64,000 bases of DNA, taken from positions 896,001-960,000 of the forward strand of contig CBDESU010000002.1 of assembly GCA_965242695.1 (NCBI GenBank). The letters are read 5' to 3'. Under the pieces are notes generated by a model, which saw only the letters and a list, made by a program, of their open reading frames with translations, had not been told where the DNA came from and did not search any database. This document shows, one piece after another, positions 49,773 to 59,443 of the stretch. The position numbers were made by a program, and so were the translations under genes. Numbering within the stretch: position 1 is the stretch's first letter; each line of letters opens with the position of its first letter. The DNA comes from Cenarchaeum sp. Its GTDB lineage: Archaea > Thermoproteota > Nitrososphaeria > Nitrososphaerales > Nitrosopumilaceae.

Positions 49773-50633
49773 GTGTCGCTCGAGATATTCGAGTACGCCT
49801 TCATGCAGAGGGCGCTCGCCGCCGGCCTGGCCGTCGCCGCCGCCTGCTCGGTGATCGGGCTGTTCCTTGTCCTGCGCCGCCACTCGCTGTTCGGCGACGC
49901 GATGGCGCACGCCTCGTTCGGCGGCGTCGCCGCCGGCCTGGCCGCCGGAATCTACCCGATATGGGCCGCGTACGCCGTGTCGGTGGCAAGCGCGCTGGCG
50001 ATCACGCGCATAAGGCAGCGCTTCGACCTGTCCGGCGAGGCGGCCGTCGCCGTCCTCCTGTCCTCGGGGATCGCCGTCGGGCTAGTCGTGATCAGCGCGA
50101 CGGGCGGGTTCTCCGTAGACATCTTCAGCTTTTTGTTCGGCAGCATACTGCTCGTCGGCCCCACCGAGCTGGTCACCATGGTGGCGCTCGCATCCGCCGT
50201 GCTGGCCATCCTGGCCGCCCTGTACAGGCAGGTGCTGCATGCGACGTTCAGCGAGGAGCAGGCCAGGGCGGCGGGCGTCCGCGTAGAGGCCGTCGACTAC
50301 CTGATCGTCGCGCTCGCCGGCGTGGTCGTCGTGACGGCTATACAGCTCGTCGGCATACTGCTGATATCGGCCCTGTTCGTCATCCCCAACGTGACGGCCA
50401 TAATGTACGGCAGGGGCTTCAAGCAGACGGCCGCCCTGTCGGTCGCGTTCTCGGCGACCGCCGTCGTCGCCGGAATACTCGTCTCGTACGTGTTCGACAT
50501 CGCCCCGTCGGGAACAATCGTGCTCGTCGCCATCGCCATCATGGGGTGCACGCTGGGGGCCCGGTCGGCGGGGCTGGTGCACGGCCGGCGCGGCTCCATT
50601 CCGCTCCGCGCGCGGCGCGGCCGTTCGGCCTAG
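49773..50633 (+). CDS. znuB: Metal ABC transporter permease
   Basis: FMQRAL, GDAMAH, FLFGSIL, VGILLISAL. Confidence 0.9.
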   Translation: MSLEIFEYAFMQRALAAGLAVAAACSVIGLFLVLRRHSLFGDAMAHASFGGVAAGLAAGIYPIWAAYAVSVASALAITRIRQRFDLSGEAAVAVLLSSGIAVGLVVISATGGFSVDIFSFLFGSILLVGPTELVTMVALASAVLAILAALYRQVLHATFSEEQARAAGVRVEAVDYLIVALAGVVVVTAIQLVGILLISALFVIPNVTAIMYGRGFKQTAALSVAFSATAVVAGILVSYVFDIAPSGTIVLVAIAIMGCTLGARSAGLVHGRRGSIPLRARRGRSA

Positions 50634-50982
50634 CGGGCGGCATCGTCGGCATCGGCCGGTTCAGCCCGCCTCCGCTGCGCGCCGCCATGTCGGCGCCAGA
50701 TGCGGGCGCCAAAGCCGGATGTCGTGCCGGGCACGCTGGACTCCGCCCCCTGCACCCTCGCCCGCACCTCGCCCGCACCGCCTAGCATCGCATCGCATTC
50801 CCAAGTCCGGGCCGGGGCCTTGTGGCAATGGACTGGACGCGGCCGGCCGTTTAGATTCGTCGCCTGCCCGCTCGCCGGCGCATCCACAAAACGTGATTTT
50901 TGATTTATGACACCAAAAGCCCTCGCCTTTATAAAAGTCATATATAAGTAAGACCCTCTTTTTCCACCCCCATTGAATACTC

Positions 50983-53900
50983 CTAGTCTGCCTGCGCCTT
51001 GCCACAAGATTCTACGATCTCGTCTGCCTCGCGCCTGTCCCACACGCCGCGCACCACCATGAGCGATGCGGCCACGATCCCGGCCGCCATGAGGGGGCCG
51101 GCCACCTCGGAGTACGCCGGCCCTGCCTCCTCTTCGGCCGCGGCAGGCGCCTCCTGCCCCCCCGCCGCCCCGCCCACCGCCGCCGGCGCGTACCCGACGC
51201 TCAGCCTTCCCAGCTTTGCCGTTCCCTGCTCGACGAACCACACGTTTCCGTCCCCGTCTGCCGTCATGAACTGCACCCACGAGCCGGCCGACGGCACGGG
51301 GACGCTGGCCGTCTCGCCGGTAAGCGGATCGTGCACGCCGAGCTTGTCTACGGTGTGCATTGCAAACCACACGTTTCTGTACCTGTCAAGCACGGCGCTG
51401 TTGGGGAACGCGGCGGGGTCGGGCGCCGGCACGCGCTCGAACCTGCCGAGGAGCGGATCGTACCTGGCGACGGCCCCGCCCTCTTGGTGCTCGGATATCC
51501 ACAGCGAGCCGTCGGGCGCGACGGTCAGCGTCTCGGGCGTCATGAGCGGCCCCCACCCCGGCGCAAGCTCGTCTATCTCGCCGGTCGCCGTGTCCAGGCG
51601 CCCGATGCTGCCGGACCCCTGCTGCGCAAACCACACGGAGCCGCGGCCCGGATCAACCGCGATGCCAAACGGCGCCGATCCGTCGGGCAGCCTGTGCAGG
51701 TCGAACTCGCCCGTGTGCCTGTCGTACCTGGCGACGACGCCCTTGTTGATTATCGCGGCCCACACCCCGCCCTCCCCGTCGGCGTCGATCGAGACGGCCA
51801 GGCTGCGCTCGAGGACGGGCACGATCTGCGGGAACTCGACGGAGCCCGACGAGTTGGACGCGGGATCGACGTACCCGATCCTCCCCTCGCGCACGTCCGT
51901 AAACCACACCCTGCCGTCGGATGGGTCGACGTCCAGGGCTATGCCGGCCTGCCCGTCGAACGGGTAGGCCGTAAACGACTCGTCCCCGGGAGAGAACGCC
52001 CATATGACGGGGGCCGAGGCGTCCGTAATCCAGATCGTACCGGTAGCCGGATCGTACTGGGGGAACAGCGGCGCATCGGCGCCGGCCGGAAAGTCGTACT
52101 CGGCGATGCGCGCATCCACGTCCGCCAGGCGCGGCTTTACGAGCAGGTCCATGGCGACGGCCTCGTTGGCGCTGCCCGAGCGCAGCGCCTCTATCTCCAG
52201 CTGCCACCTGCCGGGGAATCCGAACGAGACGTCGGCCGCGTAGGTCTCGATGCCGCCGCTCTCCTCCCCCTCGGGGCCATCGCCGCTGTTCGCATTTGCA
52301 TCCCCCTCGGCCCGCACGGGAACCTCGATCGGCGATATGCCGCGCAGCGGGTTGGAGACCTTTACCTTTACGCCCTCGACATCGCCGAGCGGCCCGCCGT
52401 CGTGGCCTGCGACGGCGACTCTGACCGTGTTCGCGCCCGGCGCGAACGGCCGCACCTCGACGCCAAACGCCGCCGCGCCCGTGTACTCGACGGCGGCCAG
52501 GCCGGCGTACGCGGGCCCCGCCCCAGCGGCGGACGCCTCGGCCGCCGCCCCCCTGTTTTGGATCTCGCCGTCGGGCAGCGTGGAGTTTGACAGCAGGGCC
52601 ACCGCGCCGATCAGGACCATGCCGACGGCAGCCTCGGCCTTCAGGCCGGGGCCGATCCGGCCCAAGAGGTCGAATCGCCGGCCGCCCCTGAGGGCCACTG
52701 CCGCCGCGGCCGCTACGCGGTGGTGGTGCACCGCAATGCCGACCATTGCCAGGGCAAGGCCCACCTTTGCCATGATGAGCCGGCCGTACGCAGAGCCGGC
52801 GACCTCGCCGATGTCGCCGTCGAGTGTCCACATGAGGAGGGGCCCCGACACGACCACCAGTCCGATCGAGACGGCGGCCACCACGGTAAACCTCGGAATG
52901 GCGGCGAGCATGAGCGCGCCGCCCGCGCCCGCGCCTGCAGCGCCCCTCCCGCGCAGCGCCGGCAGCAGCGCAAACGCCAGGTACGCGACGCCGCCGATCC
53001 AGGCTGCCGCCACAAGGTTGTGCAGGTAGTCGAGCGCGACGGCGGCCGCCTCGCCGCTCGCCATGCCGTGCCCCATCATTGTCGTCGTCGCGATCAGCGC
53101 AAGCGACAGGGCGAGTAGCGGCATCATTCCGAGGACGGACGGGCTGCGGCGGCGCTCGGCCGCAAACCACGCGCCTATCAGGGCGGCCGTAATCCCCATG
53201 CGGACGATCCACGTCGTGCCAAACGACGTCTGCAGGACGCTGCCTGCCGGCGCATCGAGCGCCACCATCTGGACGGCGAGCATGAGCATGTTCGACGCCA
53301 GCACGGCCACGAGGCCTATGCCGACGAGCGTCATGGTCTTGGAGTGGACCGCGGCGGCAAGCCTCCCTTCCTCGCCGCCTCCGCCGTACCCGCCCGCATG
53401 TCTGCGGGCTACCCCCGCCCAGACCAGAAGCGAGGAGATGACGGCGCCCAGGACGACGGTCTGGCCGGCGAGCCCCGGGAACCTCGAGCCGGCCTGCTCG
53501 AAGAAGATTAGGTCGTCTATTCCAAGCTCCCCCGCCGCGCCCGCGGCCGCCGCATCCTCGATTACCGCGTCGCCGACGCCGAACACGAACGCCGACGGCA
53601 CGAGGTGGCCGTCGACCCTGGACAGCACCTTGCTTGCCACCGTGTACGTCCCCTCTTCGAGCGGCTGCGTCGTCACGATCAGGGCCGCGTCGCCGTCCCC
53701 GTAGTATGCCGTGTCCCCGTTGTCGACGCGCGCGCCCTCGCCGTCGAACACCTCTAGCGAGCTGTGCCCGATCTCGACAGACTCAGAGTACCATACGATC
53801 ACCTCGGATGTTCCCACCGGCGCGCTCGAGAACCTTGCCGGCATGGTATCGTCGGTGAACGGGTGGGCCGCGGCGGGGCCGGCGGATGCGGCTGATGCCA

Positions 53901-53985
53901 GCAGGGCCGCTGCGGCTGCGGCGGCCGCCACTGCGAGCAGGGCGCCCCCGCGCGCCCCCACGCGCCCCCCCGAGCCGCGCCCCAT
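50983..53985 (-). CDS. CopC/CopD copper-resistance fusion with a C-terminal Vgb-like beta-propeller and TM anchor
   Basis: His at the mature N-terminus (AAA-HPF), VLSRVDGH (CopC), GH..., HNLVAAAWIGG, YGRLIMAK (CopD), repeated G.VWF blades. Confidence 0.9.
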   Translation of the reverse strand: MGRGSGGRVGARGGALLAVAAAAAAAALLASAASAGPAAAHPFTDDTMPARFSSAPVGTSEVIVWYSESVEIGHSSLEVFDGEGARVDNGDTAYYGDGDAALIVTTQPLEEGTYTVASKVLSRVDGHLVPSAFVFGVGDAVIEDAAAAGAAGELGIDDLIFFEQAGSRFPGLAGQTVVLGAVISSLLVWAGVARRHAGGYGGGGEEGRLAAAVHSKTMTLVGIGLVAVLASNMLMLAVQMVALDAPAGSVLQTSFGTTWIVRMGITAALIGAWFAAERRRSPSVLGMMPLLALSLALIATTTMMGHGMASGEAAAVALDYLHNLVAAAWIGGVAYLAFALLPALRGRGAAGAGAGGALMLAAIPRFTVVAAVSIGLVVVSGPLLMWTLDGDIGEVAGSAYGRLIMAKVGLALAMVGIAVHHHRVAAAAAVALRGGRRFDLLGRIGPGLKAEAAVGMVLIGAVALLSNSTLPDGEIQNRGAAAEASAAGAGPAYAGLAAVEYTGAAAFGVEVRPFAPGANTVRVAVAGHDGGPLGDVEGVKVKVSNPLRGISPIEVPVRAEGDANANSGDGPEGEESGGIETYAADVSFGFPGRWQLEIEALRSGSANEAVAMDLLVKPRLADVDARIAEYDFPAGADAPLFPQYDPATGTIWITDASAPVIWAFSPGDESFTAYPFDGQAGIALDVDPSDGRVWFTDVREGRIGYVDPASNSSGSVEFPQIVPVLERSLAVSIDADGEGGVWAAIINKGVVARYDRHTGEFDLHRLPDGSAPFGIAVDPGRGSVWFAQQGSGSIGRLDTATGEIDELAPGWGPLMTPETLTVAPDGSLWISEHQEGGAVARYDPLLGRFERVPAPDPAAFPNSAVLDRYRNVWFAMHTVDKLGVHDPLTGETASVPVPSAGSWVQFMTADGDGNVWFVEQGTAKLGRLSVGYAPAAVGGAAGGQEAPAAAEEEAGPAYSEVAGPLMAAGIVAASLMVVRGVWDRREADEIVESCGKAQAD

Positions 53986-54054
53986 GCGGCATCCTGCCGC
54001 CGCGCCAATTAAAGCGCTTGCAACCTTAAAATCGCCGCCCCGCCGCCCCGCGCC

Positions 54055-54738
54055 GTGAAGCGCCCCCTGCCGGCACTTGCCGCCGCGGCCGCCCTGCTCG
54101 CCTTGCCCGCCCTGCTGGCGGGCGGTGCGTCGGCGCACACGACCGTCGCCGTCGGGGAGTACGAGATCGAGGCCGGCTGGGGGACCGAGCCGCCCATCGT
54201 CGGCATACGCAACACGTTCGTCTTCGAGGTGAGCATGCCGGGCGAGCGCGAGGGCGTCAAGACCGGCGTGAGGAACGCGTTCTCGTCCATGGATGCGACG
54301 GCCAGGTTCGGGGGCGCCGAAAAGATGCTCGACGTGAGCGCGGCGCCCGCGCCGGGCCACTACTACTCGAACGTCATCCCGACGCGGACGGGGTCGTACT
54401 CTGTGCAGTTCAGCGGCGAGATCGACGGGACGGCGGTCGACGTCGACGTGGGGGTCGAGGATGTCGAGACGACGGCCGTCCTCGACTTTCCGCCCCGCTC
54501 GGGCGGAGGGGGCGGCGATCCCGGCAGCGACGCGGTCTGGGCCGCGATAAGGCAGCTGCAGGCGGGATCGGGCGGGGACGGGATAGGCGGCGTCGGCGGC
54601 CAGCCGGGGCAGGATCCGGGCGCGCAGCGGCCCGAGCGGGGCGGCGATCCGGCCGCGTACGACTATGCAGTGGTCGCGCTCTCGCTGGCGGCCGCCGGCG
54701 TGGTCCTGTCCGTCGTCTCGATGGTCCGACGGCGGTAG
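54055..54738 (+). CDS. Conserved secreted/membrane-anchored protein, possibly Cu-binding
   Basis: Signal peptide ending ASA-H, GWGTEPP, IPTRTGSY, C-terminal TM + RRR; divergent from copCD. Confidence 0.8.
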   Translation: MKRPLPALAAAAALLALPALLAGGASAHTTVAVGEYEIEAGWGTEPPIVGIRNTFVFEVSMPGEREGVKTGVRNAFSSMDATARFGGAEKMLDVSAAPAPGHYYSNVIPTRTGSYSVQFSGEIDGTAVDVDVGVEDVETTAVLDFPPRSGGGGGDPGSDAVWAAIRQLQAGSGGDGIGGVGGQPGQDPGAQRPERGGDPAAYDYAVVALSLAAAGVVLSVVSMVRRR

Positions 54739-55136
54739 GCAAGAGCCCGCGCCCCGGGCGGCCCGGGGCGGCGTGGCCGGCCAAGAGCCGCGGCCCGTCG
54801 GGCGGGACCGCGCATCCGCGGGGATCCTGGCACGCCGCGAAAAAATGTGAAAGAAACCTGGCCGCGATGCAATGGCGGCACTGCCGCCCCCTCTACGGCC
54901 CCCTTCCCCGGGCATTCGAGGGGAAGGGAGCCTGCCAAAAAGCCCTCGGATTTTTCCGATTTTTGTTTTTAGCGCCACGCGGCCAGCTTGAGGCGGTTTA
55001 CGGCGCAGTCGCCGGATCTGGGACAAAAAGATCGGAGGCTGTAAGCCGAGCAGTCTATCCAGAGTTGGGCCCCCTTTTTTCACATTTAGAAAGAAAAGCA
55101 CGAAAGGCCCCACAGTTCTCGATCAAGACGCCCCAA

Positions 55137-55370
55137 CTATCGATACTTTTTTTTAACCAAGTGTATGCCAATGGCCAGGGGAACAACACCCACCAAGCGC
55201 GACAGGAGGCCTAGATGGTCCAGCACCCCGTGTTCGCCAGCGAATTCTATGCCCAGACCCTGCCCCGTGGCCAAGCTGTACGCTGCAACAAGCGCCATCA
55301 GCACGAAGACCCACAAGAAATAAAACGACAATGCTATAAGGGCACAGCCGAGTAACTTTAAGTAGTTCAT
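55137..55370 (-). CDS. Small 2-TM partner protein, module 1
   Basis: 77 aa, hydrophobic, KKKYR tail; paralog of 57131..57355. Confidence 0.8.
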   Translation of the reverse strand: MNYLKLLGCALIALSFYFLWVFVLMALVAAYSLATGQGLGIEFAGEHGVLDHLGLLSRLVGVVPLAIGIHLVKKKYR

Positions 55371-55385
55371 GAGAAAAAAGCGCCC

Positions 55386-56315
55386 CTACGTCGCCAATAG
55401 AGTCGAAGTCGTAGAGCCCAGCTGGGTTGTCAGGGATTGCGAAGATACTTCATATGTATTCGTTGTCGTAATGAGAGTTAATCTCCCTGGGCCGAATGCG
55501 TTGCACCATACACTTGCAGACTCGATCGGATTTGTAGCTGTAAGGGTACACACCTGGGCTTTGACATGGCCGCCTCTTGGATTTGATGAAGCCAAAACGT
55601 GATGCCTCTTGACGGTTTCGACATGTTCAAATTCTAGACAGGTCGAATCCCTCCTCTCTGTTATACGCTTGTCCATGTCTGCGGGATAGGAAAACGACCC
55701 CGTGATTTGCGCCCTGCCATTTGTATACGATGTTAACACGGAATGTGCCAATCCCGACACAAATGACAAGTCGCGGCAATCGTATTGATGCTGATAATGG
55801 TTGTTGTTTCTTCTTACGTCCATGGACGGAGACGCGTGACTTGCCGAAAACGATGTCGGATGGTTGATGGCCGGCATCATGATCATCTGGTCGTAGCTGG
55901 CGACGGAATTGGCCAGGGTTGAACTTGCGTCGTCGCGAGAATCAACAAAGTCGCCCGGCTCGTATGTGGCATGAAGAAGCACAAGCAGTTGATCCGTAGT
56001 CAGGTTTTGGTACTGTGGTGCCGTGCCTCCGAGATTATGTGACGACTGCACTATGGCTTTGGCTATGCCTAGCCTGGTGATCACGTTTTCTAGTGCCTCT
56101 TGGCGCTCCGAATGGCTTTCGCCGTCAAGCTCTCTTTTATAGTCGTGTATGGCGGACTCCAAGGCCGCCAAGTCACCCGTGTGACTGACTGGCCCGACTG
56201 GCCCGGCCGTTGTCCCGCCCGGCACCTGCGCTGTGGACATCCCGATAGGGACGAACAGCAATACCGTCAACACTGCTGCCATGCATGTGGCTGCTTTTGC
56301 AGCTTTTGCTGTCAT
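55386..56315 (-). CDS. Secreted precursor-like protein, family X, module 1
   Basis: TTATATAA box 22 nt before ATG 56315, signal peptide, 4 Cys in a beta-rich C-terminal half; lower GC than host. Confidence 0.8.
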   Translation of the reverse strand: MTAKAAKAATCMAAVLTVLLFVPIGMSTAQVPGGTTAGPVGPVSHTGDLAALESAIHDYKRELDGESHSERQEALENVITRLGIAKAIVQSSHNLGGTAPQYQNLTTDQLLVLLHATYEPGDFVDSRDDASSTLANSVASYDQMIMMPAINHPTSFSASHASPSMDVRRNNNHYQHQYDCRDLSFVSGLAHSVLTSYTNGRAQITGSFSYPADMDKRITERRDSTCLEFEHVETVKRHHVLASSNPRGGHVKAQVCTLTATNPIESASVWCNAFGPGRLTLITTTNTYEVSSQSLTTQLGSTTSTLLAT

Positions 56316-56499
56316 TGCACGGCCATGCATGCGCTCGTTATATAAGGGGGTCTTGAACGATATGGAGTGCCTAGAGGCGTGAGATCGGCCCACGCCTGCA
56401 CATCCCCGCCTGGACGTGCCCTGTGCCATGACCTGGCGGTTTGCCGCCCCCACCTGCCGTTGATGCGGACGAAACGGCCCTTGGGGCATATGGCAGGCA

Positions 56500-56732
56500 G
56501 CCACGACGGCCGTCCCCGGCTTTCCGCCCACTCGGCAGCTGGCATCAACGATCCCGGTAGCGACGCGGTCTGGGCCGCGATAAGGCCGCTGCAGGCCGGC
56601 TCGGGCGGAACCCGGGCGCGCAGCTGCCCGAGCGGGGCGGCGATCCTGACGCGTACGGCTACGCCGTGGTCGCATCTCGCTGCCGCGGCCGCCGTGGTCC
56701 TGTCCGTCGCCTCAATGGTCCGACGGCGGTAG
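56500..56732 (+). pseudogene. Decayed copy of the 3' end of gene 54055..54738
   Basis: DPGSDAVWAAIR...VVLSVASMVRRR retained with indels; the downstream intergenic region is also similar. Confidence 0.85.
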
Positions 56733-57130
56733 GCAAGAGCCCGCGCCCCTGGCCGCCCGGGACGGCAGGGCTGGCCAGAAGCCGCGGCCCGCCGAGCGGG
56801 GCCGCGCATCCTGCGGGATCCTGGCACGCCGCGAAAAATGTGAAAGAAACCTGGCCGCGATGCAATGGCGGCACTGCCGCCCCTTCCGCGGCCCCCACTC
56901 CCCCAGCATTCGGGGGACGGGGGCACCCAAAAAGCCACTGCGGATTTCCCGGTTTTCGTTTTCAGCGTTGCTCAACCGACTTGAGGCGGTTTGTGGCGCA
57001 GGCGGACAGCCGGGCCAAAAAGATCGGAATCTGTAAGCCGAGCGCGCATCCAAAGCTGGGACCCTGCCTCTTTTCCACATCCAGAAAAACAGGCAAAGGC
57101 CGCGGACGGACTTCGATCAGAACACCTTCG

Positions 57131-57355
57131 TCACCGGTACTTTTTTTTGACCAAGTATATGCCAATGGCCAAGGGAACAATACCCGCTAGACTCTCTAGG
57201 ACGGCCAGCACACTCAATTCGCCGGCGAATTCTATGCCCAGGCCCTGCCCCGTAAACAAGTTGTACGCCACAACAAGCGCTGACAATACGTACGCCCAGT
57301 AGAAATAAAACGACCAAGCTATAAGCGCATAGCCTAGCAGCTTTAAGCGGTTCAT
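57131..57355 (-). CDS. Small 2-TM partner protein, module 2
   Basis: 74 aa; shares TGQGLGIEFAGE and VPLAIGI.LVKKKYR with module 1. Confidence 0.8.
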   Translation of the reverse strand: MNRLKLLGYALIAWSFYFYWAYVLSALVVAYNLFTGQGLGIEFAGELSVLAVLESLAGIVPLAIGIYLVKKKYR

Positions 57356-57374
57356 GGCGAAAAAAAGAGCGGAG

Positions 57375-58307
57375 CTACCACGTCACTAATACAGTCGAAG
57401 TCGTAGAGCCCAGCTGGGTTGTCAGGGATTGCGAAGATGCTTCATATGTATTCGTTGTCGTAATGAGAGTTAATCTCCCTGGGCCGAATGCGTTGCACCA
57501 TACACTTGCAGACTCGATCGGATTTGTAGCTGTAAGGGTACACACCTGGGCTTTGACATGGCCGCCTCTTGGATTTGATGAAGCCAAAACGTGATGCCTC
57601 TTGACGGTTTCGACATGTTCAAATTCTAGACAGGTCGAATCCCTCCTCTCTGTTATACGCTTGTCCATGTCTGCGGGATAGGAAAACGACCCCGTGATTT
57701 GCGCCCTGCCATTTGTATACGATGTTAACACGGAATGTGCCAATCCCGACACAAATGACAAGTCGCGGCAATCGTATTGATGCTGATAATGGTTGTTGTT
57801 TCTTCTTACGTCCATGGACGGAGACGCGTGACTTGCCGAAAACGATGTCGGATGGTTGATGGCCGGCATCATGATCATCTGGTCGTAGCTGGCGACGGAA
57901 TTGGCCAGGGTTGAACTTGCGTCGTCGCGAGAATCAACAAAGTCGCCCGGCTCGTATGTGGCATGAAGAAGCACAAGCAGTTGATCCGTAGTCAGGTTTT
58001 GGTACTGTGGTGCCATGCCTCCGAGATTATGTGACGACTGCACTATGGCTTTGGCTATGCCTAGCCTGGTGATCACGTTTTCTAGTGCCTCTTGGCGCTC
58101 CGAATGACTTTCGCCGTCAAGCTCTCTTTTATAGTCGTGTATGGCGGACTCCAAGGCCGCCAAGTCACCCGTGTGACTGACTGGCCCGACTGACCCGGCA
58201 GTTGTCCCGCCAGGCACCTGCGCTGTGGACATCCCGATAGGGACGAACAGCAATACCGTCAACACTGCTGCCATGCATGTGGCTGCTTTTGCAGCTTTTG
58301 CTGTCAT
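57375..58307 (-). CDS. Secreted precursor-like protein, family X, module 2
   Basis: Nearly identical to 55386..56315 at an offset of 1992 bp. Confidence 0.8.
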   Translation of the reverse strand: MTAKAAKAATCMAAVLTVLLFVPIGMSTAQVPGGTTAGSVGPVSHTGDLAALESAIHDYKRELDGESHSERQEALENVITRLGIAKAIVQSSHNLGGMAPQYQNLTTDQLLVLLHATYEPGDFVDSRDDASSTLANSVASYDQMIMMPAINHPTSFSASHASPSMDVRRNNNHYQHQYDCRDLSFVSGLAHSVLTSYTNGRAQITGSFSYPADMDKRITERRDSTCLEFEHVETVKRHHVLASSNPRGGHVKAQVCTLTATNPIESASVWCNAFGPGRLTLITTTNTYEASSQSLTTQLGSTTSTVLVTW

Positions 58308-58539
58308 TGCACGGCCATGCATGCGCTCGTTATATAAGGGGGTCTTGAACGATATGGAGTGCCTAGAGGCGTGAGATCGGCCCCACGCCTGTACGTCCTC
58401 ATCTGGGCGTGCCGCCGCCTCCTGCTGGGCGTGCCCTGTGTCACAACTGGTGCTTTGACGCTTGACGACTGCCGTTGATGCAGACGAAACGGGCTTTGGG
58501 GCGTGTGGTCGGCCGCCACGACGCCTGCCCCTCTGCTCG

Positions 58540-58805
58540 ACACGACGGCTGTTCTCGGCTTTCCGCCCCGATCGGGCGAATGCGGCGATCCCGGCAGCGA
58601 CGCGGTCTGGGCCGCGATGGGGCAGCTGCAGGTCGGCTCGGGCAGGGTCGGGATAGACGTGATCGGCTGCCAGTCGGGGCAGGACCCGAACATGCGGCAA
58701 CGGCAGACCGAGCGGGGCGGCTATCCGGCCGCGTACGACTATGCCATGGTTGCGCCCTCGCTGGCGGCAACAGATGCAGTCTTGGCCGCAGTCCCAATGG
58801 TTTGA
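58540..58805 (+). pseudogene. Second decayed copy of the 3' end of gene 54055..54738
   Basis: TTAVLGFPPRSG...DPGSDAVWAA...GQDP...PAAYDYAMVA. Confidence 0.85.
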
Positions 58806-58919
58806 AAGCGGTAGACAACCTAGCCCCCATCCTTAGATTTATCCGAATCTCATCCGTTGCCGGCGCGCTCAAACATGAGAGTGCATACGGCACATTTCGG
58901 CGTGGTCGCGGCGGTGGTC

Positions 58920-59426
58920 CTAGGGCCAAGCGAGGACAGGGGGCTTGTAGTCGTAGAACTCTCTGTTGATCCTGTCCAGCTCCGAGGCAGTAAGGTGGTC
59001 TTTTTTGTAGTCTATGATCGCCATCATGACCACCTTGTCGCGCTCGTCGTGGAATGCGATCTCCCTGAGCGTGATCCCCTCGGGATCCACTATCCTGTAG
59101 ATCCTAGTCCCGTTTGGATAGTAGTCGCGATAGGTGGTGCTCTCTGGCGACCAGCCCATGCCGCTGCTGCTGGACCCGTTGTCCAGGTCGTTCGGAAACA
59201 GCACGATCATTTTGCCGTCCCAGTCGGCGCTCATTAGCAGCCCATAGTTGTTGTGCGTCATGTATATGCCAGACTCCCTCATCTCCCAGAACAACCTGTG
59301 AACCGCCCTGTCAAGGTCGTGGTGCGACCCTATGCTCACAATGGGCATGCCGTAGACGACTCCCGCCGCAAAGGAGGCCGCGACGGACAGGGTTGCTAGT
59401 CCTGCCCACAAGATCCTTTGGTCCAT
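58920..59426 (-). CDS. Membrane-anchored partner protein, module 3
   Basis: N-terminal TM; 17 nt downstream of the secreted gene; paralog at 63435. Confidence 0.8.
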   Translation of the reverse strand: MDQRILWAGLATLSVAASFAAGVVYGMPIVSIGSHHDLDRAVHRLFWEMRESGIYMTHNNYGLLMSADWDGKMIVLFPNDLDNGSSSSGMGWSPESTTYRDYYPNGTRIYRIVDPEGITLREIAFHDERDKVVMMAIIDYKKDHLTASELDRINREFYDYKPPVLAWP

Positions 59427-59443
59427 CGTTGTACTCCGTGCGT

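Noticed and set aside
53986-55113. N-terminal 376 aa of the 1376-aa ORF
   Set aside because: Antisense shadow of gene 54055..54738; the real CopC/D start is near 53985.
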